A DNA stretch of 64,000 bases from positions 234,362,001-234,426,000 of the forward strand of contig NC_058368.1 of assembly GCF_018350175.1 (NCBI RefSeq). Direction: 5' to 3'. Position 1 is the stretch's first letter, and each line of letters opens with the position of its first letter. The DNA comes from Felis catus (lineage: Eukaryota). The notes under the pieces were generated by a model. It ran no database searches. It had not been told where the DNA came from and was given only the letters and a program-made list of their open reading frames with translations. The translations under genes were made by a program, and so were the position numbers. Positions 50,780 through 63,706 of the stretch are shown here, one piece after another.

Positions 50780-50930
50780 TGGTGGTGCTGCTGTGCTCGG
50801 GAGACTAAAATACAGAAGGTAAAGGCCGCGAAGGCCCCGCCTTGAACGGACCAGCTGGCCAGGGCGTAGCCACACCACTCGACCACCTCCCCAAAGTAGT
50901 TGGCTGCTGTTACGTATTCAAATAAGCCTC
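50780..50930 (-). CDS. SRD5A1: SRD5A1 coding exon 4 (151 nt)
   Basis: Translates GGLFEYVTAANYFGEVVEWCGYALASWSVQGGAFAAFTFCILVSRAQQHH(Q), including the NYFGE motif. Acceptor TTTGCAG|, donor |GTAAGT. Confidence 0.97.
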
Positions 50931-52382
50931 CTGCAAAGACACACAGGCAAGTGGGGCGTGATACGTTACTGACCTACGAGGCAGCAGTGGATACGTACCT
51001 GGAGAACATAAATCGAACTTCGGGAAAAACAACTCAGAGAATTTGAGTGAATGAAACACCCAACATTACTAGTTTTACTGTCTCATACCACACTTTCTGG
51101 TGGCATAAACCTGTATGAATAGCTACGCATTTATCTGAATATAAAAAACTACCCTTTTAAAATCCCTTCACTAGTTCATGAATCACACTGGTAACACCCA
51201 AGTAAACACAGAGAACACAGGATAACAATTAATGAACCAGCTTAAGAAGACGGACCTGTACAGGGCCCTGGACCCAAAGTGGAAGAAAATAATAATTTTC
51301 AAGGGCAGACTCCTTCCTTCCGTCCTTCGTTCATTCCCTCCTCAATGTTCACAGACCCTTCAGTCTACATCACAGACCAGGCCCTGCTCTAGGCGCTCGG
51401 GGTGAACCGGGACAAGACCCTGCCTCCCGTTCTAGAACATTAAACCCCAAGGTGATGCACAAAGAAAGCGTGGCATACAGCAGGAGGTGGGCCGTGAGGA
51501 GGACCAGAGCAGGTGAGAGGGGCCAGAAGTCAGACTGGGGGTGGAGACAGTCCTGGTCACGGGCCCCTGGCATTTTAGTTTTACCTCCTGAGTATTTAAC
51601 GTTTTCAGTTTCAGAAGCTGTCTTGCTTTCTGTTTTGTATCTACTTAGTTCTTTCTATCGTATATTACTCCTTTTCTCATAAGTTCAATCCCTCTTAGTT
51701 ATTAAACAATTAGGTAATCACTTTATGATCTGTTTCTATTAACTCTAAGATCTCGTGGTAGCACATGTTCTCGTGGGTTCTGCCACTTTTGAGTGTGGCC
51801 CTTACTGTGTGGCATGTGGTCCATCGGGCTCCCTGAGGCCTGGGTTAAAGGCAGGTCCCCTCAGGGATCTGGGCTTGTACAGGCTACGTGCATGAGGCAC
51901 CACCTCCCTAGGGTCACGTGGGTCCTCATTCACGGCTTGAGGTGCACGTTTGGGCCACAAACCTACGTGGGGGCCGCTGGTGGCTATGGACTCTCACGAG
52001 ACGTGCCCTGGCCTCCGACATTCACCCAGGTTTTGCCCTCTCGATGATTATTACTTCCTTTCTACCATCCTACCACGTGGATGCATTTTAAAAGATGAAA
52101 AAAACACCTTTACCCAATGATTTTAATTGTCTGCGGAGAGGGGACTGGTTGTCTAGTCTATGCTGTCGCACAGATAGGACTAGTTTCCTTTTTCCTTAAT
52201 AACCGTTCAGCTAGCCAGAATCTGATAAAACAACGGTCACAGTGATTGCCATCAACACTTGTGACTCATGTCAAAAACCTGCGGCCAACGCTATGCTTTA
52301 GTTATTGGATCCTGACAAAACTGCAACAGCGAGGCGTCGTGTGAAATGACTTGGAATCAGTTCTCCATTTTTCAGTACGTAC

Positions 52383-52484
52383 CCCTCGGTATTTTATATC
52401 CAGTCTCCCCTGGTTTCCGGAGATTCCTCAGGATATGGTCGGAATGGATGTTTATCAGCATGCCTATTAACCATAAGCAGAAAC
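52383..52484 (-). CDS. SRD5A1: SRD5A1 coding exon 3 (102 nt)
   Basis: Translates GFCLWLIGMLINIHSDHILRNLRKPGETGYKIPR(G). Acceptor CTTTAG|, donor |GTACGT. Phase is compatible with exons 2 and 4. Not in the ORF track. Confidence 0.97.
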
Positions 52485-52716
52485 CTAAAGATAAGAAAAT
52501 ACACAAGAGTATTATGATCAATAAACTACGAAATTCACAAACCCACGCCTGAAGGAACGGTGTTACTATAGTCTGTTCTATTCACTATTAGCAAACCACG
52601 TTAGCCACAAATGACAATAAAAATCATTATAATTAATATGATTTTCATTTAGAAAAATAATTTATACAGCACTGCTGTTAGGTCTGCTAAATAGAGTTCT
52701 GTTTTCCATTAAAAAA

Positions 52717-52925
52717 TTTTTTTTAACATTTATTTATTTGTGAGAGACAGAGAGAGAGCAAGAGTTGGGAAGGGGCAGAGAGAGAGGGAGACACAGAATC
52801 CGAAGCAGGCTGCAGGCTCTGAGCTGTCAGCACAGAGCCCGACGCAGGGCTCGAACTCAGGAACTGCGAGATCATGACCTGAGCCGAGGTCGGACCCTCA
52901 ACCGACGGAGCCACCCAGGTGCCCC
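52717..52925 (-). mobile_element. Can-SINE in SRD5A1 intron 2
   Basis: SINE head and tail. Confidence 0.92.
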
Positions 52926-53453
52926 TAAGAGCTCTGTTTTTCTAATACCACTACTGTGTAATCAAACCTGCCCTAAACACGTGGACCTCGTGGCCCACGT
53001 CTAAGGGCTGGCATGCTTGGACATGACCTAGGACCCCGGCACAGGGCTCCTTTCCAGGGAGAGGTAGCGTCACCATCCGTGGGGCGGCCCACAAGATTCA
53101 CTCGGTCCTCGTGGAAAACACGCGCGGTGTGGTCGGCCTCCTCGTGTGACACATGCTGCCCCCGCCCCCGACGGGCTAGCTGCACACGGGCTCCCGGGGT
53201 GGTGGTTCCTGGTAGCTCATTTCCAGCACTCCACTTTTCTTTCTCTATAGCCCTGTTGGAACAGGTTCCTGCACATCCACGGCCTCGCCTGCCACCCACC
53301 TGCCCACTCGCCAGTCACACCCCCAGCTCCCCACAGCATCCTCTGCTGCTGGCTCCACGGCTCTCCCTGGACATCCAGTAGCGTCCTGGGTGTTTCCTCG
53401 CTGGCTCTGAAAAGCCTTCAGAGGTTGTTCATCACTTAAAAAGGAGATTTGTT

Positions 53454-53677
53454 GGGGCGCCTGGGTGGCTCAGTCGGTTAGGCGTCTGAGTTCGGCTCAG
53501 GTCATGATCTCGCGGTCCGTGGGTTCAAGCCCCACGTCAGGCTCTGTGCTGACAGCTCGGAGCCCGGAGCCTGCTTCGGATTCTGCGTGTCCCTCTCTCT
53601 TTGCTCCTCCCTGACTCATGCTGTCTCTCTCTGTCTCTCAAAAATAAAACAAAAACATTAAAAACAATTTAAAAAAA
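53454..53677 (+). mobile_element. Can-SINE in SRD5A1 intron 2
   Basis: TSD AAAAAGGAGATTT. Confidence 0.93.
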
Positions 53678-53758
53678 GGAGATTTATTAGTATCACGTGT
53701 CTTCATTCCAACAAGAAGAGGTAAAATGCCCAATAGTGTTTTAGAAAAGGAATAACTT

Positions 53759-53968
53759 GGGGCGCCTGGGTGGCTCAGTCGGTTAAGCAGCCGACTTCGG
53801 CTCAGGTCATGATCTCGCGGTCCGTGAGTTTGAGCCCCGTGTCGGGCTCTGTGCTGACAGCTCAGAGCCTGGAGCCTGTTTCCACCTCTGTGTCTCCCTC
53901 TCTCTGACCCTCCCCCGTTCATGCTCTGTCTCTCTCTGTCTCAAAAATAAATAAACGTTAAAAAAAAA
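53759..53968 (+). mobile_element. Can-SINE in SRD5A1 intron 2
   Basis: TSD TTTTAGAAAAGGAATAACTT. Confidence 0.94.
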
Positions 53969-56341
53969 GCTTTTAGAAAAGGAATAACTTGACTTAGTTT
54001 GATCACTTTCTGACACTAGAGAAATGCGAAGGTGGGACGGTGCATATTGGTGGAGTTCAAGTCATTGTCAAGGAAACATACAACTGGAGTAGCCTGGTCA
54101 GTAATGAGTCCCCAGTCATCCCAGTGGCATGGAATCATCTGTCAGTTACAACAGGGACACGTGACACATTCTGGTCCACAGCCAGGACCAGAACATTTCT
54201 GGAATTTTCTGGAAAATGTCTTCCTTCCGATTTCACCAATTGTAGGCAGGTTTTTCTACGGAGTTCATACCAAATTTTGCAATATGTATTATAAGTCACT
54301 TACTAGATCCATAAATTTGTAGTCGATTCGATACCTGTCTTGCATTTCAGTATGTCACCTCCAGGTGACCTGTCCCGCAGTTTGTGGTTTCAGAAAGAAT
54401 TATGTTCTCACAATTCCATGTTTGACTTTATTTCTCTTCTCGGAGATAAGCTCCCTTTATCACCCAGGTTGGTAAAGAAAGCTAGTATTTGCGCTCATCT
54501 AAGCTACACATTGAACTGTTTTTAGGAATCGTAAAGTCTTGGTATGTAATCTTTTACGTTAACCACTTTCACTGCTCTGAAAAACTTTTTGTTAGGATAT
54601 TACTATTATTGCTATTTGCTTAGTTCTTCATGGTAAGAATCATAAATGCTGCTAAATATTCACGTCATTTCATGTTTATCTCCTTACAAAAACTATAAAC
54701 TCTATGAAATAAATATAACACCAAAAAAGTAGCCCTGTTTGTTTCCCAACCGTTATATATATTTTTTTCATTTCTGATTCCTTCTGTTCAACGGTAGAGA
54801 AGCTGAGAGGTTTGCATACAATTTAGTGGAGTCTTTAATTTTAGACCAGCTTCGGCGACACCTGCAGGTGACGGGGTCTGTCTGCCCTGCTATTGCAAAC
54901 GACACTGAAATTCACATACCAAGAGGATTCTTTGCTTTGCCGTGGTTCATCAAAAGTAGCCTAACGACTCATCACAGAAATGATTTGCGGGAGAAACTCA
55001 AACGTTTAAAGCCTGTATCCCTTTGTTAAAACCTCCCTTCCCTTGTCCCTCACCGCCTGCTCTGGGGGCACCAGGACAGTGAAATGGTTGAACCCCGGGC
55101 TCCGCTATTTACTCAGTTTAGATCTTGAGCAGGTGTTTAGCCATCGGATCGTCCCTGTGCGTGTGAAAGGACCCTAATCTCTGCCCTTTCAGGAACGTGG
55201 GGCGGCGGGAAGCATGTGTGTGGCTCCTGGCAGAGAACAGGATCTTCTCCACAGGGCGACCACAGCGACCACAGCCCATTCTTCCTCCTTCTCTTGCTGG
55301 TTGGGCAGAAGGAAATCAGGTAGTCAAACGGCGGGTGAGGAAAGCAAGCATCTGGGGGCACTGCACCCACAACATAACGTGGGTCTGGCATTTCGTGGAG
55401 GCACAGGCTTGTGGAGCTGCCGAGCCCCTTGGGGACTCTCTTGCCCATCCTTCATCTGGCGGGGGGGGGGGGGCACATGCCCACGGCCATGGTGCCCAGG
55501 CATGATGAGCGAGAATTTCAACTCACAGAAAAAAATACGATCGAGAAACATGAACACGCCTCGTCATCAACAAAGCAGCGCCCCAGTGTGAGGCTCTCCA
55601 TGATCAGACATTCACGCAGACGGAGGCCAGCGGACAGGGGAAGGCCGTGTCATGGGGCTGGAGCCGGGAGCCACGGGGCGCTCTGAAACTTAGAAGCAAT
55701 CTCCTTATACACAAGAGCCTCGAGAGGACGTATTCTTCCACACGCTTGCCAATCTTTTTGACTGCTGCTGTTTTATTTTCCTTTTGGCTCAGAACTTACG
55801 AGGTTATAATTAGGACTTGAAAATGTACGGTAATTTACATTCACCGATAAGGACGGTAAAAAATTGAAAACTTCGCAAACCTAAGAGTTTATTCAAGTTA
55901 GTATAATCAGAAAACTCTTCCTGCCTCGTTGGAAGGCGACCCGGTCTGACTTCTTCTCGTGTTTTGGAGGAAACCGTGGGAGGCTTGATTTGACGACTCT
56001 GTTGGATGACATGGCCAGTTAGCGTCCACGCCCCACAGTCGTAGTCTGCTGTTCTCTCTGCTGGAGCCTGTTGCCCGCTGCTATTTTCAGGCTCGCTTTA
56101 GGGACAGGTATCTGTGCTTTTAGTGCCGAGAGGGCGATGGTACCAGGCATTTGTGTCACATGCTGCTGCTGGGACCGCCTGACTCTCCCTCCGGCGCTCG
56201 GCCTCCCTGCCGCCAGGTCATGGACCGTCACAGACTTTTCTCTCGCTCAACTGGCGTGGGCTTTCTATCTAGGAGCCACCGGGACGTTACAATCCGAGTT
56301 ATGACTTGAACGACAGAATGCATCGCCGGGGCGACACTCAC

Positions 56342-56508
56342 CTACTAGAAATCGGGGATCAGTGACCCAGTCATCCGCATATACCGCATACTGACTCAAA
56401 TATCTGCTCTGCAAGTAGCCGTTATAGACACAGAACGTGAACGCCAACGTACACGTGTACAGGGGCATCGGCTTTCCTCCTCGGATCAGAAGCGGGAAAA
56501 TCAAGGAC
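56342..56508 (-). CDS. SRD5A1: Steroid 5-alpha-reductase 1, coding exon 2 (167 nt)
   Basis: Translates (R)SLIFPLLIRGGKPMPLYTCTLAFTFCVYNGYLQSRYLSQYAVYADDWVTDPRFLV(G), matching SRD5A1. Acceptor TTTCCTAAG|G, donor G|GTGAGT. Confidence 0.97.
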
Positions 56509-57194
56509 CTTAGGAAACATGAAACAGAAACAAATTTAAATAAAACACAGACCGATGGTCCAGAACATCATTTCCGCAATTCTCTTTAAAGTCTTGGGTT
56601 TTTCATCTTGCTTCCTTCCTTGTACACAAGTCATCGTCAGTACTACTGGTCCTCATTTACTATGTTCAAAGCAGAATCCCTCAATCAAGAATTCACCGTG
56701 TTCCAGTAATGCTCATCACGGTGCGCAAACTCAGGATTCTAATGATACAGAATGGGAAACAGACACGCTGAGAGAGAACCGAAGGCTTCCAGAGGCTCTC
56801 GGAATGTGCACGATCCTCCCTTGCTCTAGTCTCAGCAGTGGGATGTGGGGACACCATCATGTCATCAGTCAGCACAGTGGCTGTATTCACTGAGCACTCA
56901 CCACCTCACTCACAGCACTCAGAGACACCCGCACAGGAAACACCATTACACCTTCTTGGTGGGGGCGGAGGGGGGAGGGTAGGGAGATAGAACGGACTCA
57001 CAGCGGTTAAGCAATCGGTCCGAGGTCACAGAGCTCAAGTGTAAACCCAGGTAACTCAAAGGCCACATTCCTCTGTTCCAGCACACTACTGAAAGTTTAG
57101 GGAGAGAAAACGTAAGAACAAGAAAGTGACCCTTGTGAAGAAAAGAGGAGGCGATACTGGAGTGTGAATTCCTTCTGTAACATCAATACGTAAT

Positions 57195-57545
57195 ACACCG
57201 AAAGGGGCTGTCACTACACATCCCATGGGCCTTAAGAGGATAGTAAAGAACTGTCATCTACAACTTTATGCCAATAAATGTGACAATCTGGACAGCATAC
57301 ACAAAATCCTTAAAAGGCACAGGCGACCAAAGCTGACCCAAGGAGAAACCGACAGGCTGAATAGCCATCTCTTAAGGAAACAAACGGAAGCAGACTTAGG
57401 AAGTTCTAACAGGCACAACTGGAGTCAGGGGAGGGGGATGGCTTCGGAAAGGCACAGGGACATTGACGGGAACGCAGCCATTCTGTATCTTGAATGTGGC
57501 GATGATTACACGCGGTCTACAATCCTCAAAATTGACCAAACCACA
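57195..57545 (+). mobile_element. L1M fragments
   Basis: ORF2-like QLYANKCDNLD..KLTQGETDRLN, followed by a 3'-end-like TTCTGTATCTTGAATGTGGCGATGATTACAC. Confidence 0.7.
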
Positions 57546-59044
57546 ACATGGCCATGGTCACTTGCTTGGGTCCTGCCTGGGGCTGCTCACCAGCTAGGCC
57601 TGCAGACCCGGGGACGGGGGGAGGGGCTGGGGGGGGCACGCGGTCTGTGGTGCGGCGTCTCAAGCCTCACCTGTCCGTGTCCCTGCTCGGAGCGCCGCAA
57701 ACCACCGTGTGGCGGCATTCTGAGTGCCGCCTGTGTCCCTGTACCGCACACCTTATTCTCTTACCGGCGCACACGTGTCCCGCACAGACAGGGAAGCGGG
57801 CTCTTCGTGCTCGGGAGGTACGGTGGAATGTGGCTAAGTTTATTACTGCTCCAGACAGCAAAGCGGTGTGGTTCACAATGACGCCTGGGCTCCTCCGGGA
57901 GACCACGCCAGAGGTTGGCACGACGGGACTAAGAGGTCACCGCCGCGTTGTCCCCGACACACGGGAAAGCGACGGTCAGAAAAAAACGGAGAACTGGAAA
58001 CGGAAACGCGTGACACAATTTTACAGAAGAAGTGCAAATGAGGCCGCAAGCACCGAAGCCGCCCGGTGCCCCTTCGGTTAGCCGAGGAGAGCCGCGTGCC
58101 AGCCCCGAGCTCGCCGCCTGCGGCCAAGAAGCACGTTCAGATGGCAGAACGGCGTGCAGCGTGGGATCGCCCTTCGGTGAGGACGGCTGCTCCAGGAGTC
58201 TGGACGCCAGGAGTGAAGTTCAGCAAACCGTCCAAAATCAAGGCCAGCGTTTGAGCGAGCCGTCTTCCTGGTCCCGGGTGTCGCCCGTACCGCTGAGCGG
58301 TGGGGGCCGAGGCCGAGTTGGCTCTAAATGGTCCTCGAGAAGCAACTGATGGTGACAGTGTCTCCGCCATTGAGGAAACACTGACTCGGTACAACCCGTG
58401 GTGGGATCTGCTAGGGTGTTGTAGCTGCTGGGGGTGGAAACGAACTTGGCAGACTTACACAGCCCGTGCCAATGTCAGGTGTTGAAAGCCACCCTCTGGA
58501 TCAGCAGGTACTTTGCCTCCCCCCCGCCTCCCGGCAAAATCTATTGCGTGTGACTGAATTAACAGTGTCAGCAGCGAATCTGATGGTCCCTCCCTGGACC
58601 TAACCACCATTTTCAGTTCAGAGCCAAGACTGAACGTTTTCCTTATGAGAAAAATGGCCCTCGACCACTGTTACTGCGTTTCGAAGGGCTCTGGAAATTA
58701 GCCTTTTTTGCTGCAGAGTTGATAGTGTTCCTCAGGGAATTCGACCTAAAATTATAAGGCAAAATATCACTTTTGAGCAAAACCTATGCTATGTTAGTCA
58801 CTTCAGCAAAAACGGACGTTGTCTGAACCACAGGTCATGCCAGACTACTTTCTGTGCTGTTGAAATCAAAACCGGCAGCGAGATCTCCATTCTCACAGAA
58901 ACTTGAAATGGATGTGATTTCTCAGCTCAAACCAGAGCTTAGAAATCCAGTGTGTTTTGAACATTTCAAAACCTATTTCACTGTATAATTGAGGAGCTTC
59001 CACCAGCCAAGTGGAAGAGACTCATCTACGATGTAATGACGCAT

Positions 59045-59149
59045 GGAAGGACAAACCTCAGCAGAAGAATCTAGAATTAGGAAGGACAACCCTCGGCAGA
59101 AGAATCTAGAATTCGGAAGGACAACCCTCGGCAGAAGAGTCTAGAATTC
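59045..59149. repeat. 35-bp minisatellite x3
   Basis: GGAAGGACAA(A/C)CCTC(A/G)GCAGAAGA(A/G)TCTAGAATT(A/C), head to tail. Confidence 0.95.
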
Positions 59150-59203
59150 CAGAGATGCCTTTCGAGCAATCTGAATACGTTAAATTAAAATCAGAAACTT
59201 GTC

Positions 59204-59404
59204 GGGGCGCCTGGGTGGCTCAGTCAGGTAAGTGTGATTTCGCCTCTTGATTTTGTCTCAGGTCAGGATCTCATGGTCATGGGATCGAGTCCTGTGTCGG
59301 GCTCCATGCTGAGCGTGGAACCTGCTTAAGATTCTCCCCCTCCCTCTCTCTATGCCCCTCTCCCCCCTGCTCGTGTGCACTCACTCTCTAAATAAATAAA
59401 TAAA
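59204..59404 (+). mobile_element. Can-SINE within the hAT fossil
   Basis: TSD AGAAACTTGT. Confidence 0.9.
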
Positions 59405-60466
59405 GTGAGAAACTTGTGGACTGAAATTAATATTTGGTAGAACCCACACACGTGAAGACATTTTCAAAGCTAGTCTCATTGCCCATCAGCAGTAAGGGGT
59501 GAATGCTTACTGTGGGTATTGGGAAGCATGCACACTGACTCTGAGGCCAAAAAAGGGAATGTGACCCCTCCCCCCCACCAAATAAAGAATTCCATGCTTC
59601 CCATCACACCTGTCTTACAAAAATTACACTAAGGTAACAGAGCGTGAATTTTACAAGTATACGTCTTGTGAAATATCTCTTTCTCAATATCCCTTACTTT
59701 GTCCCTTGGTCCATAAAGCTTAGAAAAAGTACTATCTGGCCCTTTCCAAAAAAGCAGTTTTAACCTCCAACCGAAATGAAAATAGGAGTTACACTCTGGA
59801 AACGTCACTTTGCCTTCTTCAGAAAGCTCGCTTCCTCCACACCCCAGGACTCAGGTTGCAGGCAGCCAGCCCCTTGGGTCTGGGGTCCGTCTGGTCCACG
59901 AGGTGGGGACAGCACGCCTGTGTCCTCAGCTACGCATTGGGAGAGAGAGTCACACTGATCTGCTCCAGAGAGTGTCCTGGGGGAGCCCAGAAAGGACGTG
60001 CGTAAAGGACCCGGGGAGAGGATTCACTTCTCTCTAGTCTCAAAGAAGGTGAATTTCAGAAAAGTGGCAAGGACTGGAAATAGGGCCTCAGAAAGGTCGA
60101 CACAGACCTCTCCTGTTTCTCTTATCTCTGCCCTTGAGGGGACAGCAGTGACCCGGACGTCCACAGGCCTGGCCATAAAACCACTGAGGTCAGGAGAACA
60201 CGTTGGCTCAGGCGATGCGGCCTATGCCTTCAGACCTCAAGCGGGGAGATAACATCTCCCCCCCCGCCCCCCTTCCGAAAGGCTCCGTGCACCAGCGTGG
60301 GTCAAGTGCTCCTGGCCCTGAGGTCTTCAAATGCAACGCACCTTCCCAGGCGAACCACTCTGCTCGATCTTGGTAGTTTTTGGATTGTCTTTCTCCTTTT
60401 AGGCTATTCCTTTCAGCTTTACTTCTTTTGCCTTGGAAGTCCATGCAGCATGTCAGAAAGGGTTTC

Positions 60467-60648
60467 CTTTGTTTTTGTTTTTGTTTTAAATAAATGTTTA
60501 TTCATTTTTGAAGTGGGAAGCAGAGGATCTGAAGCAGGCTCTGCACTGTCAGCACAGGGTCCGATGTAGGACTCGAAGTCATGAACCTCGAGATCATGAC
60601 CTGAGCCAAAGTCAGACGCTTAGCCGACTGAGCCACCCAGGGGCCCCT
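60467..60648 (-). mobile_element. Can-SINE
   Basis: TSD-like AAAGGGTTTC. Confidence 0.88.
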
Positions 60649-62644
60649 AAAGGGTTTCTTTGAATTGGGCCCACTAGGAACCAAAATGGTGGGTGGGTGC
60701 AGGGGCTTCTGGGCATGAATTTTACCTGAACCTTCATCTAGTCTCTAGAGGGACAACGGCAAACCAAGGGTTGCAGTGGACCCCAGGCGTAGGATCTCTT
60801 TAAGATGCGGGCCGGGCTCAGTGAGGAAGGTGGACACGTGTGCTGGAGCCACACGGCACTTGTTGCGAGCCGGTGCTCTGGAGCCCAGGCCGCCTCGGTG
60901 ATGACAGGCCCGCGTGTCAACAGCCCTTCTCACACATCTCATCGGCGCGTACAAGCACCCTTCCGCACGGAACCGTGGGGAATGAACACTACCCCTCTTC
61001 GAGAAGAGGTATGAAGTCAGAAATTGAAAATCCCCGAACACCGAAATCATCTGCAAGACAAACTGTGACGTGCTCAGACTTAAAAATACTTTATTTCGGT
61101 GATGTGTTACACAAATCCACGTTCGGTTCTGATAATGAGCTGAAGGATATGAAACGGTAAGGTCCCAGGGAGCTACAAAGAGATTCTGTTTTCCAACTCG
61201 TCAGACGGAGTGTGGGACTGAATCTGATGCTTTGTTCTCCACCATGTAACAATATCCTATTTATTTTCTTTCTTTCTGTCCCGTGTAAAGAAACAGTACT
61301 TACTTTCCATCAAGTTGTGTTTAGCCCCGGAAACGTGCACATCTCTGTGGCTGTCGGGCCACCAGGGCTGTGGGACACGTCTGACGAGGGGGCTGGACAG
61401 GGAGCTTTCAGAATCTCTGTGGGGCTCCTGTCTGTCTCCCACTTGGGCGAGTTTACAGGCTTGGGCACAGAGCATGATGTACGTGTTTCTCACTGTTCCC
61501 GGTGAAATGTTCCTAGTAACTCCTAATCCTATACAACATGCTTTTTTTTTTTTTTTTTTTTTAACACTTCAAACCTGTTGCTATTACCCTATTTAACAGA
61601 TCGGGACCCGGGGGGCTCAGAGGAGCACGGTGACTTCGGTGACAGACCCACTCAGGCAATGTCACCTTCCCAGGTGTTCTATCTACTGCATCCACAGGAC
61701 ACACCGAGAAGCAGGACTGGGGTGCCAGGGCCGTCCTTGCCTGGCCACCCCGCGGCACATGACACGGTCGTTTTCGTTAAGTGTTTCTACTGAGCCAGAA
61801 GGCCACTGCCGTTATTATACTGATTGACAAAGGGAGGGGGTAACAAGATTGTGTGTTTATGCCTGTATACATCCTTACTGCTTTGAAAAGACAACCCCAA
61901 ACCTCCTGAAGACAATGGCAGACGGGGGAAAAGGATACACTAGAATTCTGTCAGCGTTTTAAGTGATGCAATTTCAAGTGGTTTTTAATCGCTTCCTTCG
62001 ATTCTAAGTCTTCTACAAGGAGCACATACTTCGACCGCAGGTGTATTTGCATGTGATACCAGCATGGATTGCGAGTCCTGGCCCCTCATACGTTTGGAAC
62101 AGACCAGAGGAGTAAGAGGGAGAGAAATGAGGCTTCCCAGGCTGAAGGTCTGTGATCGCCATCGGAAGAGCTCAGGGAGGATCGGGCAAAATTAACTACA
62201 AGTAGACACTCAGAGTGTCTGCAGGCAAGTTCCCAGATGTTAAGGAAAACAGAAAGTATTCTGTAAACACCTGGGAAGGGAAATGGATTACCAACAAGAA
62301 CAAAGGTCACCAAAGCTAGCCTGTGTCACTGTGCTTGCTGCACAGTGGTGACCAGAGCTCCGTGCTCCTCGCCCTCTCAAGCCCTGTGCTGCATGGAGTG
62401 TTTTCTTGGGCTACGAGCCAGAGAGACTGATGCCGTACGAAACCCAACTCACTGGTCAGTAAGTCCACGCCCGTGTGCTAGGTGTGGTCTGCTTGGAGGG
62501 AGAAATACCTGAGGGAAAGCATCCCCATCAGACGTCAACACTTGGGCAACAACTTGGAATCACGATCCTTTAAACTTTTAAGGTACGATTTTCAGGTTTC
62601 TAAAATGTTAAATGTTTCTTTTCGGACATAGTTATTTACTATTT

Positions 62645-62821
62645 TAATAGTTTTAAAGTTTTATTGATTTGTTCATTTGGAGAGAGAGAGAGAATCCCAA
62701 GCAGACTCCGTGCTGCCAGCCGGGAGCCCGACGGGGGTCTCGAACCCACAAAACTTGAGATCATGACCCGAGCCAAAATCAAGAGTCAGACGCTTAACCG
62801 ATGGAGCCACCGGGGCGCCCC
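62645..62821 (-). mobile_element. Can-SINE
   Basis: SINE head; GATTTTCAGGTTTC repeated in both flanks. Confidence 0.88.
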
Positions 62822-63493
62822 TGATTTTCAGGTTTCCGAATCCAGATATGAGCTGTGGGACCACGTAATTCACAAACTGAACTATGAGAATTATCTCCTG
62901 AAATGTTTTCCCAGCAAACTAGAATAACAACATGTAGTTATTTTTGCAGAGAAACAGCATGTTCATCCAGCAAGTGATTTGACTCTCGAAATAAAAGCAA
63001 TTGGACATCATGTCCCAGGTACAATAAAACACCCCTTTTGGTGATTTGGCAGCCATTTAGGTCGACTTAATCATTTTAGACGTTTAAAACTGAGAATGGT
63101 TGTTAATTTTAATAACAGGCTGTCACCACTTTTTTTTCTCAACAATTCGACGTCACTGAATTCTACAGCACCTCCAAGATGTGGATCAGTTCCTGTTTGG
63201 GTTTTTTTTGTTGTTGTTGTTGTTTTCCCCTCTGTAACACTCTTTTGCAACGAACTGCACAGATCCCTATAAGGCCACATACTTAATTAAGCTCTGTGCG
63301 CTTTTAAGGCAAGGTTACAGACACGATGAATATTTCACTACCTGTAATTCTATACTTTTGTATAAAAGGTTTTTTTCTCTCAAATTATTTGCGTCCACAA
63401 GGCAAGGGCCAGGGGTTCGGTGTATCCCCCACCTCCAGTGTTTCCTGACATCTTCTAACATCACACACGCCATATGCCACTTTTATTTACTCA

Positions 63494-63706
63494 TTTTTTA
63501 AATGTGTATTTATTTTTGAGAAAGAAAGAGAGACAGAGTGCCAGCTGGGGAGGGCAGGGAGAGAGAGGGAGACACAGAATCTGAAGCAGGCTCCAGGCTC
63601 TGAGCTGTCAGCACAGAGCCCGATGCGGGGCTTGAACCCACAAACCATAAGATCATGACCTGAGCCAAAGCTGGATGCTTAACCGACTGAATCACCCAGG
63701 CGCCCC
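63494..63706 (-). mobile_element. Can-SINE
   Basis: TSD CATATGCCAC. Confidence 0.92.

Larger units (their letters stand above)
57577..59770 (+). mobile_element. Cheshire (MER58 family, hAT-Charlie) transposon fossil with transposase remnants
   Basis: Peptide remnants RWNVAKFITAPDSKAV, KKTENWKR..NEAA and IEETLTRYNPWWDLLGC..ANVRC resemble Charlie/Cheshire transposase as recalled. The 3' part has GAGGAGCTTCCACC..GACATTTTCAAAG and a MER58-type end TACTATCTGGCCCTTT. Confidence 0.75.

Noticed and set aside
56265..56341. Extension of the exon 2 ORF (ECRPGDAF...)
   Set aside because: Read-through past the GTGAGT donor into intron 2.
57548..58485. Functional domesticated transposase gene
   Set aside because: The similarity is scattered over different frames with deletions; it is a fossil.
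59045..59149. CRISPR-like 35-bp repeats
   Set aside because: No spacers, no cas genes, and the DNA is mammalian; this is a minisatellite.
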